A stretch of DNA of 63,609 bases, the filler included, from Octopus bimaculoides (taxonomy: Eukaryota), in NCBI RefSeq assembly GCF_001194135.2. It is 7 parts of 6 records of this genome, joined end to end, with 100 filler letters (N's around TTAATTAATTAA, not from the genome) between each part and the next. Parts side by side here need not be neighbours in the genome. Positions count along the whole stretch, not along the records: positions 20,899 to 50,929 come from NC_069000.1; 6 more parts are not named here. One strand, given 5' to 3'. Position numbers and translations under genes: made by a program. Numbering within the stretch: position 1 is the first letter of the stretch; the number at the start of each line of letters is the position of its first letter. Shown here in pieces: positions 24,660 to 37,368 of this stretch. The notes below the pieces were generated by a model that did not search any database, had not been told where the DNA came from, and was given only the letters and a program-made list of their open reading frames with translations.

Positions 24660-25090
24660 GTTCATTCCAAGAAACTGATATAGATATTATGCTGATTTGC
24701 AAATATTCACTGTATCATTAAACGGCTGTATTTTGAAGATGCAAAAAAATGGTTTGCGTATTTCTTACTTGAAAACCCCTTGCATTTCTAAGCTTTTATC
24801 CAAATTTGTTGTTACATAATCCAGTACACATATAATAAGCGGTCAAATGAAAATGTATAACCTGGAATCAAGAACTGTAAAGAAGTTCTTTATCTAAAGT
24901 GTCCACATCGAATTACTGCTTTTATTGGAATGTTCTAGCAGTGTACTTTATTTTCAAAGACGTGACTACTTTCTTCTTCTGGTGTATCTTTGGCATGACT
25001 GCCAGCGCAATCGTTCTTGCGTATAGCATAGTAAATAGTTTTGGTAACGTCGTGCCTCATGGGAAGGTAATACCTCGTTGATATTTCGGG
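24660..25090 (-). mobile_element. R4-like RLE element fragment (old, internally deleted)
   Basis: Minus strand with frameshifts: RYYLPMRHDVTKTIYYAIRKND...NIPIKAVIRCGH ... LDYVTTNLDKSLEM..GFSSKK ... TVNICKS. Confidence 0.7.
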
Positions 25091-25159
25091 TACAAATACA
25101 TAATTGCATGCACGTATATCTGTATGTATAAATGTATGTATATACGTACGTATGTGTTT

Positions 25160-26340
25160 TTGTTCTTATCTATTTTTATTTGAATTCTTCCTCTGAGGAT
25201 GGTGCTAGTTTCTAACAAAGATGCAAAGCTCCGAAGTTGGAATGTTGATAACAAAAACAAATTCACGTTTTAAACTATAGAAAGTCTTACATAATTTTAT
25301 TTTTCCACTTACAGATTGTACTTGTAATATGCGAGCTGGTTGATTTCTTTTTCTGAAGACCCTAGAGTAAACTTAGGCGTTTACTTACAAAAGCATGTGC
25401 ACCACTTATTGATATAAATGTGAGTTTATAATCTGGATATAGAAGCAGAAGCTTTCAAATCAGTTGTCCACTGTTATCCCTTTTGTCTTTGATTTTCAAA
25501 GAAATATCCTCATCAGCAGGACAGCTGACCTCTATGACGGTGCACACATTTTCTTGTTTAGGCGGCGAGCTGGCAGAAATGTTAGCACGCCGGGCGAAAT
25601 GCTTAGCGGTATTTCGTCTGCCGCTACGTTCTGAGTTCAAATTCCGCTGAGGTCGACTTTGCCTTTCATCCTTTCGGGGTCGATTAAATAAGTACCAGTT
25701 ACGCACTGGGGTCGATATAATCGACTTAATCCGTTTGTCTGTCCTTGTTTGTCCCTTCTGTGTGTAGCCCCTTGTGGGTAGTAAAGAAATAGCACACATT
25801 TTCTTGTTTGAACCAAACAACAGTATCCGGTTTGTTATGTTTACACTAGACAGATATTTTGATGGGAATGTTTCACCAATATTCATTATGTCGATGTTAA
25901 TATATGTATTCAATAACAGAGGGATTCCCCATATTTATTCCAGGACAATCTTCTTCTGAATATCATTGTATGTTGTCGTATCGCATAGAGAGGTAGTACC
26001 TCGATGATATCTTCGGGCAGTTGTTAATTATATGTATGGTGTCTTACACAGAAATGTAACATAGTCGACATTTTTGGTTGCAACATGGAGCTCCAAGGGC
26101 TTCACTGTCTCTTGTTTATTAGGTATTTCGCAGCAATCTCCAGTTTTTGAATTGCAAATCTATAGCCTTCGAAATGTGATGTGATTAGTGGTCATTAGTC
26201 CAAGAGATGCTACGCTTTAGGTCGATATTACTGTCTTCTTCAAATCTTCAGGAAATATATTCATGCCTTGTCCTCTTTTGATATGCTGAGCGTTTAACAT
26301 TCAGGTCGTCCTTGAAGTATGTTAGTCTGGCTGTTTTGGA
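25160..26340 (-). mobile_element. R4-like RLE element, longer 3' remnant (zinc knuckle + RLE), interrupted by a SINE
   Basis: HIINNCPKISSRYYLSMRYD (CCHC region); KKMCTVIEVSCPADEDISLKIKDKRDNSGQLI (RLE, after removing the SINE); QVQSVSGK..CKTF terminus; 3'UTR homologous to 6527-6630. Confidence 0.8.
25560..25791 (+). mobile_element. tRNA-derived SINE family B, young intact copy with 18-bp TSD
   Basis: aggcggcgagctggcagaa...gagttcaaattcc (A/B boxes); perfect flanking direct repeat gcacacattttcttgttt at 25542-25559 and 25792-25809. Confidence 0.95.
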
Positions 26341-26396
26341 GTTGTATCGGAGGTCATCAGGAAGAGAGTGCTTCCAGAGGATCCCACTGCCGACAG

Positions 26397-26549
26397 GGTT
26401 CTGGCGTGGCATCTTGGGTAAGTGTCTTCTCCTATAACCTTGGGTCGATCAAAGCCTTGTGACTGGATCCAGTAAGCTGAAACTGAACGAAGGCCGTGAT
26501 ATATGTGTGTGTGCGTGTGAGAGGGTGTGTGTATGTGTGTGTGTTTCTT

Positions 26550-26591
<42 letters not shown>

Positions 26592-26812
26592 TCTGTGTCT
26601 GTGTTTGTGTTTGTCCCTCACCACCGCTTGACAACCGGAGTTGGTGTGTTTACGTCCCCGTAGTTAAATGTTCGGCAAAAGAGACAGATAGAATAAGTAT
26701 TAAGCTTTTTGAAATAAAATACTGGGGTTGATTCATTCATTCGACTAAAAACTCTTCAAGGTAGTATCCCAGCATGGCCACAGTCTAATAACTGAAACAT
26801 GTAAAAGATAAA
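26397..26812 (+). mobile_element. SINE family A, 5'-truncated, with (TG)/(GA) internal microsatellite
   Basis: gcgtggcatcttgggtaagtgtcttc...aaagccttgtg...cgcttgacaaccgg...cccagcatggccacagtctaataactgaaac. Confidence 0.9.
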
Positions 26813-27379
26813 ACATAAAAATAAAATATAACCATAGCAACAAAAAACGGAAATTTAAAAAGTGAAAAATTATGAAGACACACAAAACTATGAAAATTTG
26901 AAATAAATGTCACGTTGATCATACACCATTTCTAAAGAAAATAAAATATAAAATAATAAATTGTTTTATACATTGGTACTCTCATTGGTTTGGTTCCGTA
27001 CAATAAACATCATATGAAGCCAGCCATGCCGAATGGCTGGCAGTTGGATGTATTTCAAAGAGAATTCTTCAAGCAATTCGAGATGAAGAAACAGAAAGAG
27101 ATTTCAAATATGAAATATGCGGTATATATAATAGGTAGTTTTTTTTAATTGTATTAAGATATACAAACATATACGTATATCTATAGGCAGTTACAAATAT
27201 AATATGCATGTGCATTGTGTTTGCATTTCTAAATAAATGCAGAAACCCCATTCACATACATTCACACAGAGAAAGACATACATATACATACATAATACAT
27301 ACATATACATATATGTGTGTGTGTGTGTGAGTGTGTGTGTATGTATATATATATATATATTTATATATATATACATACA

Positions 27380-27411
<32 letters not shown>

Positions 27412-27468
27412 CATACGTATGTATATATATATATGCATACGTATATATATACATAGATATATACAAGC

Positions 27469-27519
<51 letters not shown>

Positions 27520-28309
27520 CGTATAGTAATACATTAATCTGTACATATATTCATACGTAAATAGAAATATACATCTATGGGATTTATGTAATTAATCACA
27601 CACATATGTGAGATTATACAATTGCTATTACATGCATACACAAATACAGACATTAAATGTTTAAGGTCCTAGATATATCTCAGATGAGGTGTTCCGAGGA
27701 ATAATAAAACTCTTTGGCGCCCATTTTTTCTTCAGGTCACTGATTATAGAACCACAATATCCACACACACGCACACACACTGACTCATATACACCCACAC
27801 ACATATACACACTCATTTATACGCACACTCATACACATATACACACTCACCTATCTATACAATATCTCTTACAATAAATAGTTTGTCATTTATATACGCA
27901 TATTATAATAATATATAAGACCCATAGAAACCTATATAAAGCTACCAAAAATTAAAGAGAATGAAACAGGAAAAAGCAATTGTTTGTTGTTCTTGTTGGT
28001 ATCAATGTTAAGTCCTAGCTGTGTCCTAATCTAGTTGACCAACCTTTGAAGTATTTCCAGGCGCGACCAACACAACTTTTTCTTGTTTCTTTTATTAGGC
28101 ACAATGTATCTTGGACCACACTCTTCAAAATGCTATAAAATGGTCCTTCGACAATGTAAGGGACTGTTTCAACATTCGAACTTAGAAGAAATCATTTGCT
28201 TGCACTCTACAATTCTAAAACACACACACACACACATACTCATATATATATGCATAGACACACACATACTCATATATACATGCATATACACACAGGCACA
28301 CATATGTGT

Positions 28310-28485
28310 ATGCTGGGGTGCTACCTTCAAGAATTTTTAGTCGAATGAGTGAATCGACTCCAGTGCTAATTTTATTTTTAAGCCTGGTATTTATTTTATC
28401 GATATATTTTGCCGAACTGCTAAGTTACGGGAACATAAACACACCAACACCATTTGTCAAGCAGTAGTGGGGGACCGGCATACAA

Positions 28486-28490
<5 letters not shown>
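28310..28490 (-). mobile_element. SINE family A 3' half; partly duplicated at 28647-28740 across a 10-N gap
   Basis: gctggggtgctacc...gccgaactgctaagttacggg...tgtcaagcagtag. Confidence 0.85.
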
Positions 28491-28519
<29 letters not shown>

Positions 28520-28734
28520 GTAAACATCTACACATATTTACAAATATTTAAGCAAATATATGTATATATACAATATGGGTGTGTGTGTGTGTGTGTATGC
28601 GTGTGTGTGTGTGTGTGTGCGTGTATGTGTGTGTGTNNNNNNNNNNATCGATATATTTTGCCGAACTGCTAAGTTACGGGAACATAAACACACCAACACC
28701 ATTTGTCAAGCAGTAGTGGGGGACCGGCATACAA

Positions 28735-28768
<34 letters not shown>

Positions 28769-29552
28769 GTAAACATCTACACATATTTACAAATATTTAA
28801 GCAAATATATGTATATATACAATATGGGTGTGTGTGTGTGTGTGTATGCGTGTGTGTGTGTGTGTGTGTGTGCGTGTATGTGTGTGTGTGTGCGTGTGTG
28901 TGTGTGTGTCTGTGTCTGTGTCTGTGTCTGTATATGTGTATGTGTATGTGTCTGTGTCTGTGTAGGCGCAAGTATAGAGATGACTTTGAGAATTTCATAT
29001 TACAATTTTGTGTGTGTTTATGTTTCTGATTATTGATTCTAAATTCAGATAATATTTATGTCTGCTTCCTTGTGTGTTCTCTTTTCTTTTGTTCCTAATT
29101 TAGCATTTCGGCAACTGGAGTACATAACACTATGTACGAAACTGAAATATGTACTGGAATCGACGTTAATCAACTAAATCTTTGAAGACAGTGCTGAGCA
29201 TAGCCGAAGCTTTCATTATTATACAAGTACGACCGCAGCTGAAAGAACCCTGCTTCTCTTCGTTGACAGCTGTATGCTAGACGCTCAAGAATTTTAAGGC
29301 AGAACATCGTTTATATCAACGCTCAACGTAGAAAACCAAGAACGTCTGTTTATCTCGAAGTTCTACTCCGATCATTGTTTGTCAAGGTTCTGTGAGAGGT
29401 AAAACTTTCTTTCAAGCATGTCTTTCTGTTATAAAGATAGACGTCGTCTTTCAAATAATATATTTGTACAGAATCGCCATGATTCATTGTTCAAGAACTT
29501 CGTCGCTGACGATGTTCCGGATACACACAAATGTCCAATTGTATATACACTG

Positions 29553-29597
<45 letters not shown>

Positions 29598-30552
29598 NNN
29601 NNNNNNNNNNNNNNNNNNNNNNNNNNNNNNNNNNNNNNNNNNNNNNNNNNNNNNNNNNNNNNNNNNNNNNNNNNNNNNNNNNNNNNNNNNNNNNNNNNNN
29701 NNNNNNNNNNNNNNNNNNNNNNNNNNNNNNNNNNNNNNNNNNNNNNNNNNNNNNNNNNNNNNNNNNNNNNNNNNNNNNNNNNNNNNNNNNNNNNNNNNNN
29801 NNNNNNNNNNNNNNNNNNNNNNNNNNNNNNNNNNNNNNNNNNNNNNNNNNNNNNNNNNNNNNNNNNNNNNNNNNNNNNNNNNNNNNNNNNNNNNNNNNNN
29901 NNNNNNNNNNNNNNNNNNNNNNNNNNNNNNNNNNNNNNNNNNNNNNNNNNNNNNNNNNNNNNNNNNNNNNNNNNNNNNNNNNNNNNNNNNNNNNNNNNNN
30001 NNNNNNNNNNNNNNNNNNNNNNNNNNNNNNNNNNNNNNNNNNNNNNNNNNNNNNNNNNNNNNNNNNNNNNNNNNNNNNNNNNNNNNNNNNNNNNNNNNNN
30101 NNNNNNNNNNNNNNNNNNNNNNNNNNNNNNNNNNNNNNNNNNNNNNNNNNNNNNNNNNNNNNNNNNNNNNNNNNNNNNNNNNNNNNNNNNNNNNNNNNNN
30201 NNNNNNNNNNNNNNNNNNNNNNNNNNNNNNNNNNNNNNNNNNNNNNNNNNNNNNNNNNNNNNNNNNNNNNNNNNNNNNNNNNNNNNNNNNNNNNNNNNNN
30301 NNNNNNNNNNNNNNNNNNNNNNNNNNNNNNNNNNNNNNNNNNNNNNNNNNNNNNNNNNNNNNNNNNNNNNNNNNNNNNNNNNNNNNNNNNNNNNNNNNNN
30401 NNNNNNNNNNNNNNNNNNNNNNNNNNNNNNNNNNNNNNNNNNNNNNNNNNNNNNNNNNNNNNNNNNNNNNNNNNNNNNNNNNNNNNNNNNNNNNNNNNNN
30501 NNNNNNNNNNNNNNNNNNNNNNNNNNNNNNNNNNNNNNNNNNNNNNNNNNNN

Positions 30553-30589
<37 letters not shown>

Positions 30590-30959
30590 TACATATATAT
30601 ATATATGTGTGTGTGTGTATGAGGGTCCATTTAAGATTTTGGGGTCCACACAATGAAATAATAAATTGAGGAGCCACAATCGTATTTTAAAGGCCCCTGG
30701 AAAAAATTTGCTTTAGATGTATGTGTTAGAATGCATTGCAAGAAACAGCTGGGTTTCTTTCTCTAAAATTTTACATAGTCCAACCTACATAAGTGAATGT
30801 GTGAAAAACAAAATTGGAATTTTGAAAGATGTTTGTAGGAAACTAGTTTTTGAACATCGAATGGCTATGAGGGGCACCAGATTAAAATAGTAATCTAAAT
30901 AGTCCAGAGATCTTTTTAAAATGGTTCAGAACTCTTGGTTTATTTCTTTGTAAATTATC

Positions 30960-31500
30960 GTTGACTCCTTTGGTAAATGAGACACGAATGAGATAGATTA
31001 CTTGAGTGGACTTCGTCCTCTTTTAGAGAATGGAAGCTTCCAAAATATAGCATTCAGTATACCTTGATGTTCAGCTCGAGAGATGTGCTAGCAACTCATA
31101 TACTGCATTGAGTAAAAATAGTAGAGATAGGTGAAATGTAGTGATAATTTGCCTCTTTGATCGGTCTCACACCATGTGATGTTCTTAGCCCCGCAAAGGA
31201 AACCTAGTGTACGTATTCAAGGTGATCTTGAATCTTCTTCGTTTCTAAATTTCAGCTCCATAGAGAAGAATGTTCCCTGCACACATCCTGAATAGAACCA
31301 ACTGTAATGATTTTGAAATGCTTGATTGCCAGATATTGTGATCTTTGTTATAGACATTCCAGGTTAACACGTTGCTGACGAGAGAGTCTTCCTTATAGTC
31401 TGCGACATAAGATTACTCCACAATAATGATGTCATCAAAAGAGGAATACTATATGAATTTCTGCATCTACGAAAGTTAATGAAGGACGAAGATTCCTGAC
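30960..31500 (-). mobile_element. Degraded RTE-group LINE, RT C-terminal region
   Basis: Minus strand with frameshifts: IWQSSISKSLQLVLFRMCAGNILLYGAEI*...YTR..AKNITW...HISRAEHQGILNAIFWKLPFSKRGRSPL, resembling the RTE/RTEX ILLYGxExW...GHxxR...RGRP pattern. Similar decayed sequence may extend to ~32200. Confidence 0.6.
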
Positions 31501-31636
31501 GTGGCGTAGCGTGGCGTAGCGTGGCCCAGCGTTTCTCCCCTAATGAAATGTTTGTTGGAAGTTTAATTGCAATAACCTCTGCATGTTGATCTTTCTCATC
31601 GGATGAACAGAAAATATTTCTGGAAATGCATTATAT

Positions 31637-31738
31637 TGATTTCAGATTTTGGCACAAGACCAGCAAGTTCGAGTGTGTGGGGGAAAATTCGATTATATCG
31701 ATGCTGGTGTTCAACTTTCAACTGGTACTAATTCTTTT
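31637..31738 (-). mobile_element. SINE family B 3' fragment
   Basis: ttcagattttggcacaag...cgattatatcga...actggtact matches the 36125-36215 tail. Confidence 0.55.
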
Positions 31739-33164
31739 AATTAGTTCATTATAATTGTTCAGTATAATTCCAAGTCACACATCAGCACCAAAAGACAGGT
31801 TTACCTTTCACCTGCACTTCATTATCAAACAACATTATCAAACAACAGATATGGGAACCAGTGTGATATTTCGGCTTATAAACAAAAATGGCTTGATAGG
31901 TAAAATATCAAATTCATTGAATGGATTGTGATATCTAATCAACTACAAGCTGTTAGGTGTATCACTCCACAAGATATATTTCCAAGATTTTTTGTGGTGT
32001 AACCTACGATATTTTTGCGTCCTATAAACATTTGATTTTCAATCTATAATCGCCGTGAATGATTTAAGCTTCGTCTCCTAAGAATTTTGTGGTTTATGAA
32101 CTAAATTTTCGCTGACAACTATGGAACCGACTCAAAGGAGATCACAATATCAGATATTAAGATCGAAAGCAGCAACGAGTCCGAAAGATATTACCATATG
32201 TTACCTAATGCTGAGTGCTTGGGTTCACATGTGCTTATTCCTGGTAAATTAATGGTATTTCCGCATAGGTCACATGTAATTGCTTTTAATCTGGATCTGG
32301 TAGCACCAGATTTCAAAGAATACACTGCATGTGAGAGGGGTCAGCAGTTTCAAACAAACTTAACATCAGAACGGAAGTGGTTTAAGGTGAAATCTCTACT
32401 GAGTTTGAAACTACATACATTTCATGACTTCTATATATAAACATCAAGATAAACGGGGAATGAATCTACTTCCTTTTTATAAATAATTTACTTGGATGTT
32501 TTAAACCAGTTTTTTTTTCTGCCCCTTACTAATTACATACAGCTGTGTTAATGACATAAAAATTTCGACTCAACATAACTAAAAACACAAAAACACAAAC
32601 GTTGATTTGTTCCTCAATAACTGCAGACATTATAAACATTCATTACTTCTACACATTCTGATATTAGGTACTAAATGTTTCTCATTCTTTGACGGTAAAG
32701 GGTGCCTCACTGGATCCTCCCATCACTCCTCAGTTAGAGTTACAAAGCAATAACAACGACTCTGCATTAAACATTTAAGAAACCGCCATCACATAAAACA
32801 AGTCGCTTCTAAATCTTATTATAAGCAACACCACCCGATATTATATTTCAACAGGTCATCAAAATCTGCTATATAAGCATACCACACATAAGTGTTAAAA
32901 AAAATATTAAGAATTGCCTACAATGTTCTTAGTACATGCAAAAACAGCAATTAATGAACAAACATTCTACACCACATCTGGTCAACACACACAAAAATAA
33001 TAACTGTACCAGTATAGAAACAATACATCAATCATGGGTTGTGTCAAACCTATCTGTGCCACTAAATCCTTAACGGTTTCATAACAAATTCCACCCAAAA
33101 AACTACAGAGAACGTAAGAAAGCAGCGATCATAGGATGTAAAGACCTCTCTTACAAACCACCTG

Positions 33165-33305
33165 CACGCTGAATCTCCCTAAGAACTACGTTGAGGGTAC
33201 GCGTGTCTGTGAAATCCTCAGTCACCGGCACGTTAATTCCCCGAGCAGTCTGTTCCGTGGATCGGATCAACAGGAATATTCGTCGTCGTAACCGGTGGAG
33301 TGCCA
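33165..33305 (+). mobile_element. SINE family C/D 3' fragment
   Basis: cacgctgaatctccctaagaactacgttgagggtacgcgtgtctgtg...ggatcggatcaac...gtaaccggtggagtgcca. Confidence 0.85.
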
Positions 33306-33404
33306 GTTATCTTCTTTTTTAAATAACTATAGAAGTAAGCCTTGTGGAGGTGTATGAATGTATTGCACACTGCCAATGTATATAACGATAAACCTGTAAA
33401 TGCG

Positions 33405-33755
33405 GGCACGATTGTGAGATTCGCTTCGCAACCACATGGTTTCTGTTTATACCCTCTGTACCGTAGCTTGACAAATATCTTCTGATCCGTGGTGAACGAT
33501 GCATTGTGAATGGACTTGATAGACAGTAACTCTGTGGAAGCCCGTCGTATACGTCTGTGTCCGTATTTTTTGTATGTCTCATCACTTGACTGTCGGTGTA
33601 AGTTTCTTTACATCCTCACAACCTGGCGGTTCGGCAAAAGAACACGATAGAATAAGTGCAAGACTTATAAGTACTGGAGTTGATTTGATCTGTTAAATCC
33701 CACCTTTTAAATTGATGCCCCAACATGGACACAGACAAGTGACTGCTTGAACATA
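33405..33755 (+). mobile_element. SINE family A, old diverged copy
   Basis: caaccacatggtt...gaagcccgtcgtat...gcggttcggcaaaag..gatagaataagt...ccccaacatggacacag. Confidence 0.75.
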
Positions 33756-34109
33756 TATATTGGCAGTATGTTTACACACCTGCGCAATGTTTGTCATTTT
33801 AGGCATCCACATTGTGTATTACAGTTGAGGTTTCCTACAATATTTATATACACTGACTGCTTATTGTACACGCCTAGTAACCGCCTCTATAATATTTATC
33901 TTTATATACATTGACAGTAGATAATAGACGTACACTCCCATGCACTGTTTATTGCCATATGCATTTGCACAGTGTGGTACATTTACACATCCCAACAATT
34001 CCTTTTATTTTTTTTATTCCTGTCTTTTGCGTCATGAAGTGCTTAAGTCGAACGAAACGACCCCATAGGACAAGTACCAACTTTTAAAAACAAATCAGTG
34101 CATTTTTAA

Positions 34110-34242
34110 AAGGTTAGTACATACTGTTTCGGAACCTTTTGCCGAACCGCTAAGTTACGGGGACATAAGCAAACAAATACTGGTTGTAAAGCGGTGGTGG
34201 GGGACAAACACAAACACAAACACACATAGACACACATAGATT

Positions 34243-34280
<38 letters not shown>

Positions 34281-35830
34281 TATATATAGGTGGTCTGATC
34301 AATAAGTATCCGTACTGTTAGCATAGTAACGAGGCTAAAACAAGCAGAGTAAAGCCGCTTGGCACAGATTGATCTTGAACTCTGTTGTGTATGCGCACTA
34401 CGTTTAAACGTTCTAGCTCACATCTGCTGTTTACAGCAGTGCTTGGAAGGAAGGCATGTGGCGCGTGATCATTGCAATGACCGTCACAGAGAAAGCTGTC
34501 GTGGCGATACCTGCTCAAAGGTCTACACAGAGTTGCAGAAAGTGTATGGAGAGGAGTGTATGAGTGGTTCAGACGTTTCCAAAATGGCCAAAAACAATGT
34601 CGATATTGATGAACGTTCTGGGAGACCCGCAAACCGGCAGAACTGAGAAAAACATAGCAGATGTGCGTGTAGTTGTGAGGGGAAATCGTCGAATCACCAT
34701 CCGTGAGTTATCAGAGGATGTACAGATTAGTTACGGTTCAGTTCAGTCCGTTATCACTGAAGGTTTGGGTATGAGACGCGTGCTTGCCAAGTTTGTGCCA
34801 AAACTGCTTTCAGCTGACCAAAAGGACACTCAGATTCCCTTGATTGTATCGAGAAAGATGAAAACTTCTTGAAAACTTTGCGTAGACCTCTGAGCAGGTA
34901 TCGTCAAGCTTTTGGCAAAATTTGATGCAGATTCTCTACTCAACTTTCTATCATGATCATTGCAACGATCACCCGCTACACACCTTCCTTCCAAGTACTG
35001 CTCTAAACAATGGAAGTGAGCTAGAAAGTTAAAACTTCTTGCGCAAGCACAACAAAGTTCAAGGTCAATCTGTACCGAGTGGCTTTACTCTGAGTGTTTT
35101 AGCTTCGTTACTATGGCAACAGTCCAGATACTTAATGATTAGACCACGTATATATATATATATNNNNNNNNNNNNNNNNNNNNNNNNNNNNNNNNNNNNN
35201 NNNNNNNNNNNNNNNNNNNNNNNNNNNNNNNNNNNNNNNNNNNNNNNNNNNNNNNNNNNNNNNNNNNNNNNNNNNNNNNNNNNNNNNNNNNNNNNNNNNN
35301 NNNNNNNNNNNNNNNNNNNNNNNNNNNNNNNNNNNNNNNNNNNNNNNNNNNNNNNNNNNNNNNNNNNNNNNNNNNNNNNNNNNNNNNNNNNNNNNNNNNN
35401 NNNNNNNNNNNNNNNNNNNNNNNNNNNNNNNNNNNNNNNNNNNNNNNNNNNNNNNNNNNNNNNNNNNNNNNNNNNNNNNNNNNNNNNNNNNNNNNNNNNN
35501 NNNNNNNNNNNNNNNNNNNNNNNNNNNNNNNNNNNNNNNNNNNNNNNNNNNNNNNNNNNNNNNNNNNNNNNNNNNNNNNNNNNNNNNNNNNNNNNNNNNN
35601 NNNNNNNNNNNNNNNNNNNNNNNNNNNNNNNNNNNNNNNNNNNNNNNNNNNNATATATATATATATATATATATAATTTATGCATACATATCCATACATA
35701 TATTCGACGGGCTTCCTTCAGTCTCCGTCAACCAAATCCAGACATAAGACTTAGGTTCGCTTGGGGCTATAGTGAAAGACGCTTGCCCAAGGTTCCATGC
35801 AGTAGGACTGAAGCCGGAAACATTGTTGGG
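34110..35830 (-). mobile_element. SINE family A split by a mariner insertion (3' half 34110-34287; 5' half 35702-35830)
   Basis: gccgaaccgctaagttacggggac...ggggacaaacac on the left; cgacgggcttccttcagtctccgtc...ttgcccaagg on the right; same strand, colinear with intact copies. Confidence 0.8.
34289..35148 (+). mobile_element. Non-autonomous mariner derivative (860 bp) with long TIRs and an N-terminal transposase remnant
   Basis: TA on both sides; TIRs ~34289-34495 and ~34944-35148 (17 mismatches in the outer 108 bp by hand count). Transposase pieces: ELQKVYGEECMS, DIDERSGRP, ENI-like..RRITIRELSEDVQISYGSVQSVITEGLGMRRVLAKFVPKLL (WVPHEL-equivalent); catalytic domain absent. Confidence 0.92.
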
Positions 35831-36124
35831 ATGCTAACTTGTTGCCAAACCTGCGCTTATATAATGATAAATATTGTGCATGTTAATGTATTACATGCTG
35901 TCAATATATCTAGATATGGAAGAGGTGTGTAAATATATTATACTTTGTCAACACAATATATTATTGACTGTATTACATACTGTCGGTCTATATAAACATT
36001 GTAGAGGTGTGTCAATACATCACACACTCTCAATGTATATAGCATTAAACACTGCTGAATTGTGAACGTGGAAATAGGAATGATTTAACAGGCTTCACAA
36101 AAGAAGAGCATTTAGGATTATATT

Positions 36125-36344
36125 GGTTTCAAATTTTGGCCCAAGGGTAGCAACGTCGTGAGAGGAGGTGAGTCGATTACATCTGTCACAATACTCAATT
36201 GGTACTTATTTTGTCGACCCCAAAAGAATGAAGGGCAAAGTCGACGCCGGCAGCGTTTGAACTCAGAACGTAAAGCTGTAAGAAATGCAGCTTAGCCTTT
36301 TTTTTTCTTTTCTGCGCGGTAACGATTCCTTCGGTTCGCCACCG
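36125..36344 (-). mobile_element. SINE family B, diverged
   Basis: gagtcgattac...ggtacttattttgtcgacccc..gaatgaagggcaaagtcgac...tttgaactcagaacgta = reverse complement of family B. Confidence 0.8.
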
Positions 36345-36347
36345 CAC

Positions 36348-36726
36348 TCTCTTTTACTTGTTTCAGTCATTTGACTGCGGCCATGCTGGAGCACCACCTT
36401 TATAGTCGAGCAAATCGACCCCATAGCTTATTCTTTGTAAAGCCTAGTACTTATTCTATCAGTCACTTAGCCGAACCGCTAAGTTACGGGGACGTAAACA
36501 CACCAGCATCGGTTGTCAAGCAATGCTGGGGGGGACAAACAGACACACAAACACACACATACACACATATATATACATATACGACGGACTTCTTCCAGTT
36601 TCCGTCTACCAAATCCATTCACAAGCTTTGGTCGGCCCAAGGCTATAGTAGAAGACACTTGCTCGAGGTGCCACGCAGTGGGACTGAACCCAGGACCATG
36701 TGGTTGGTAAGCAAGCTACTTACCAC
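36348..36726 (-). mobile_element. SINE family A, best-preserved copy (about 15 nt missing at the 5' end)
   Basis: Reverse complement: gtggtaagtagcttgcttaccaaccacatggtcctgggttcagtcccactgcgtggcacc (B-box) ... internal (TA/TG) ... ggtggtgctccagcatggccgcagtcaaatgactgaaacaagtaaaaga. Confidence 0.95.
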
Positions 36727-37299
36727 TTTAGTATTATATATTTAAAAAAAGCAAGTTCTATAATTAGTTTCTGTTAAAGTATTTATACTTCATGTCGGTA
36801 GATTTTGAGTAAAGTCAGATGACAAATTCATGGGTTATGTAACGCAGGTTAGTTGAATCGTTGCAATGTACGAACCATAAGTTACAAGCTAAAATTTGTT
36901 GCAGATATTTGATTGTTCTTTTCAGCAAAATATTTTCCTTGCTTATGATGGTTTAAACTGTTCTCCTTACATTCCCTGGATCTTAGATACCAGTAAGATC
37001 GATTAATTTTCTTCTAAACTGTAGCTTGAAAGCTGCAGGAGAAAGCTTGGGTAAGAATATAATTTCAGAGATAGTTTGAGAATGAAGGACTGGCAGAGTG
37101 ATTCTGCGGAACTGCAGCAGAGGACACAGTATGAGTGACGAGTGGAGAGAAGACAAATTAGCTTGGGTGATGACTAACTGTGTTGATAAATGGTAAGTAC
37201 AAAAAGTTAACAATGGAATAAATTATTTTTCTTTGAAAAAGAAAAGACATCAAACATCTCATAGAGTACCCTTCCTCAGAGAAAACTATACATATAGAC

Positions 37300-37368
<69 letters not shown>

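Noticed and set aside
28398-28885. 249-bp tandem duplication of a SINE/microsatellite block
   Set aside because: Near-identical copies directly abut a 10-N gap, typical of an unmerged contig overlap or haplotype duplication.
29104-29185. Strong splice acceptor followed by a short open frame (also 38273, 39467, 44741)
   Set aside because: No donor, homology or consistent phase partner; insufficient for an exon call.
30620-30710. Possible second hAT-MITE end
   Set aside because: Only vague similarity to 49393-49798; no partner TIR or TSD, and adjacent to a gap.
31499-31530. (CGTGGCGTAG)x3; also (GGCAGACAGTCA)x~4 at ~62755-62812 and (ATATATAAGT)x3 at ~63231-63260
   Set aside because: Short slippage-derived repeats with no further structure.
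32560-33130. C/A-rich stretch suggestive of an old LINE/PLE (also 58300-58680)
   Set aside because: Compositional impression only; no diagnostic motif confidently aligned.
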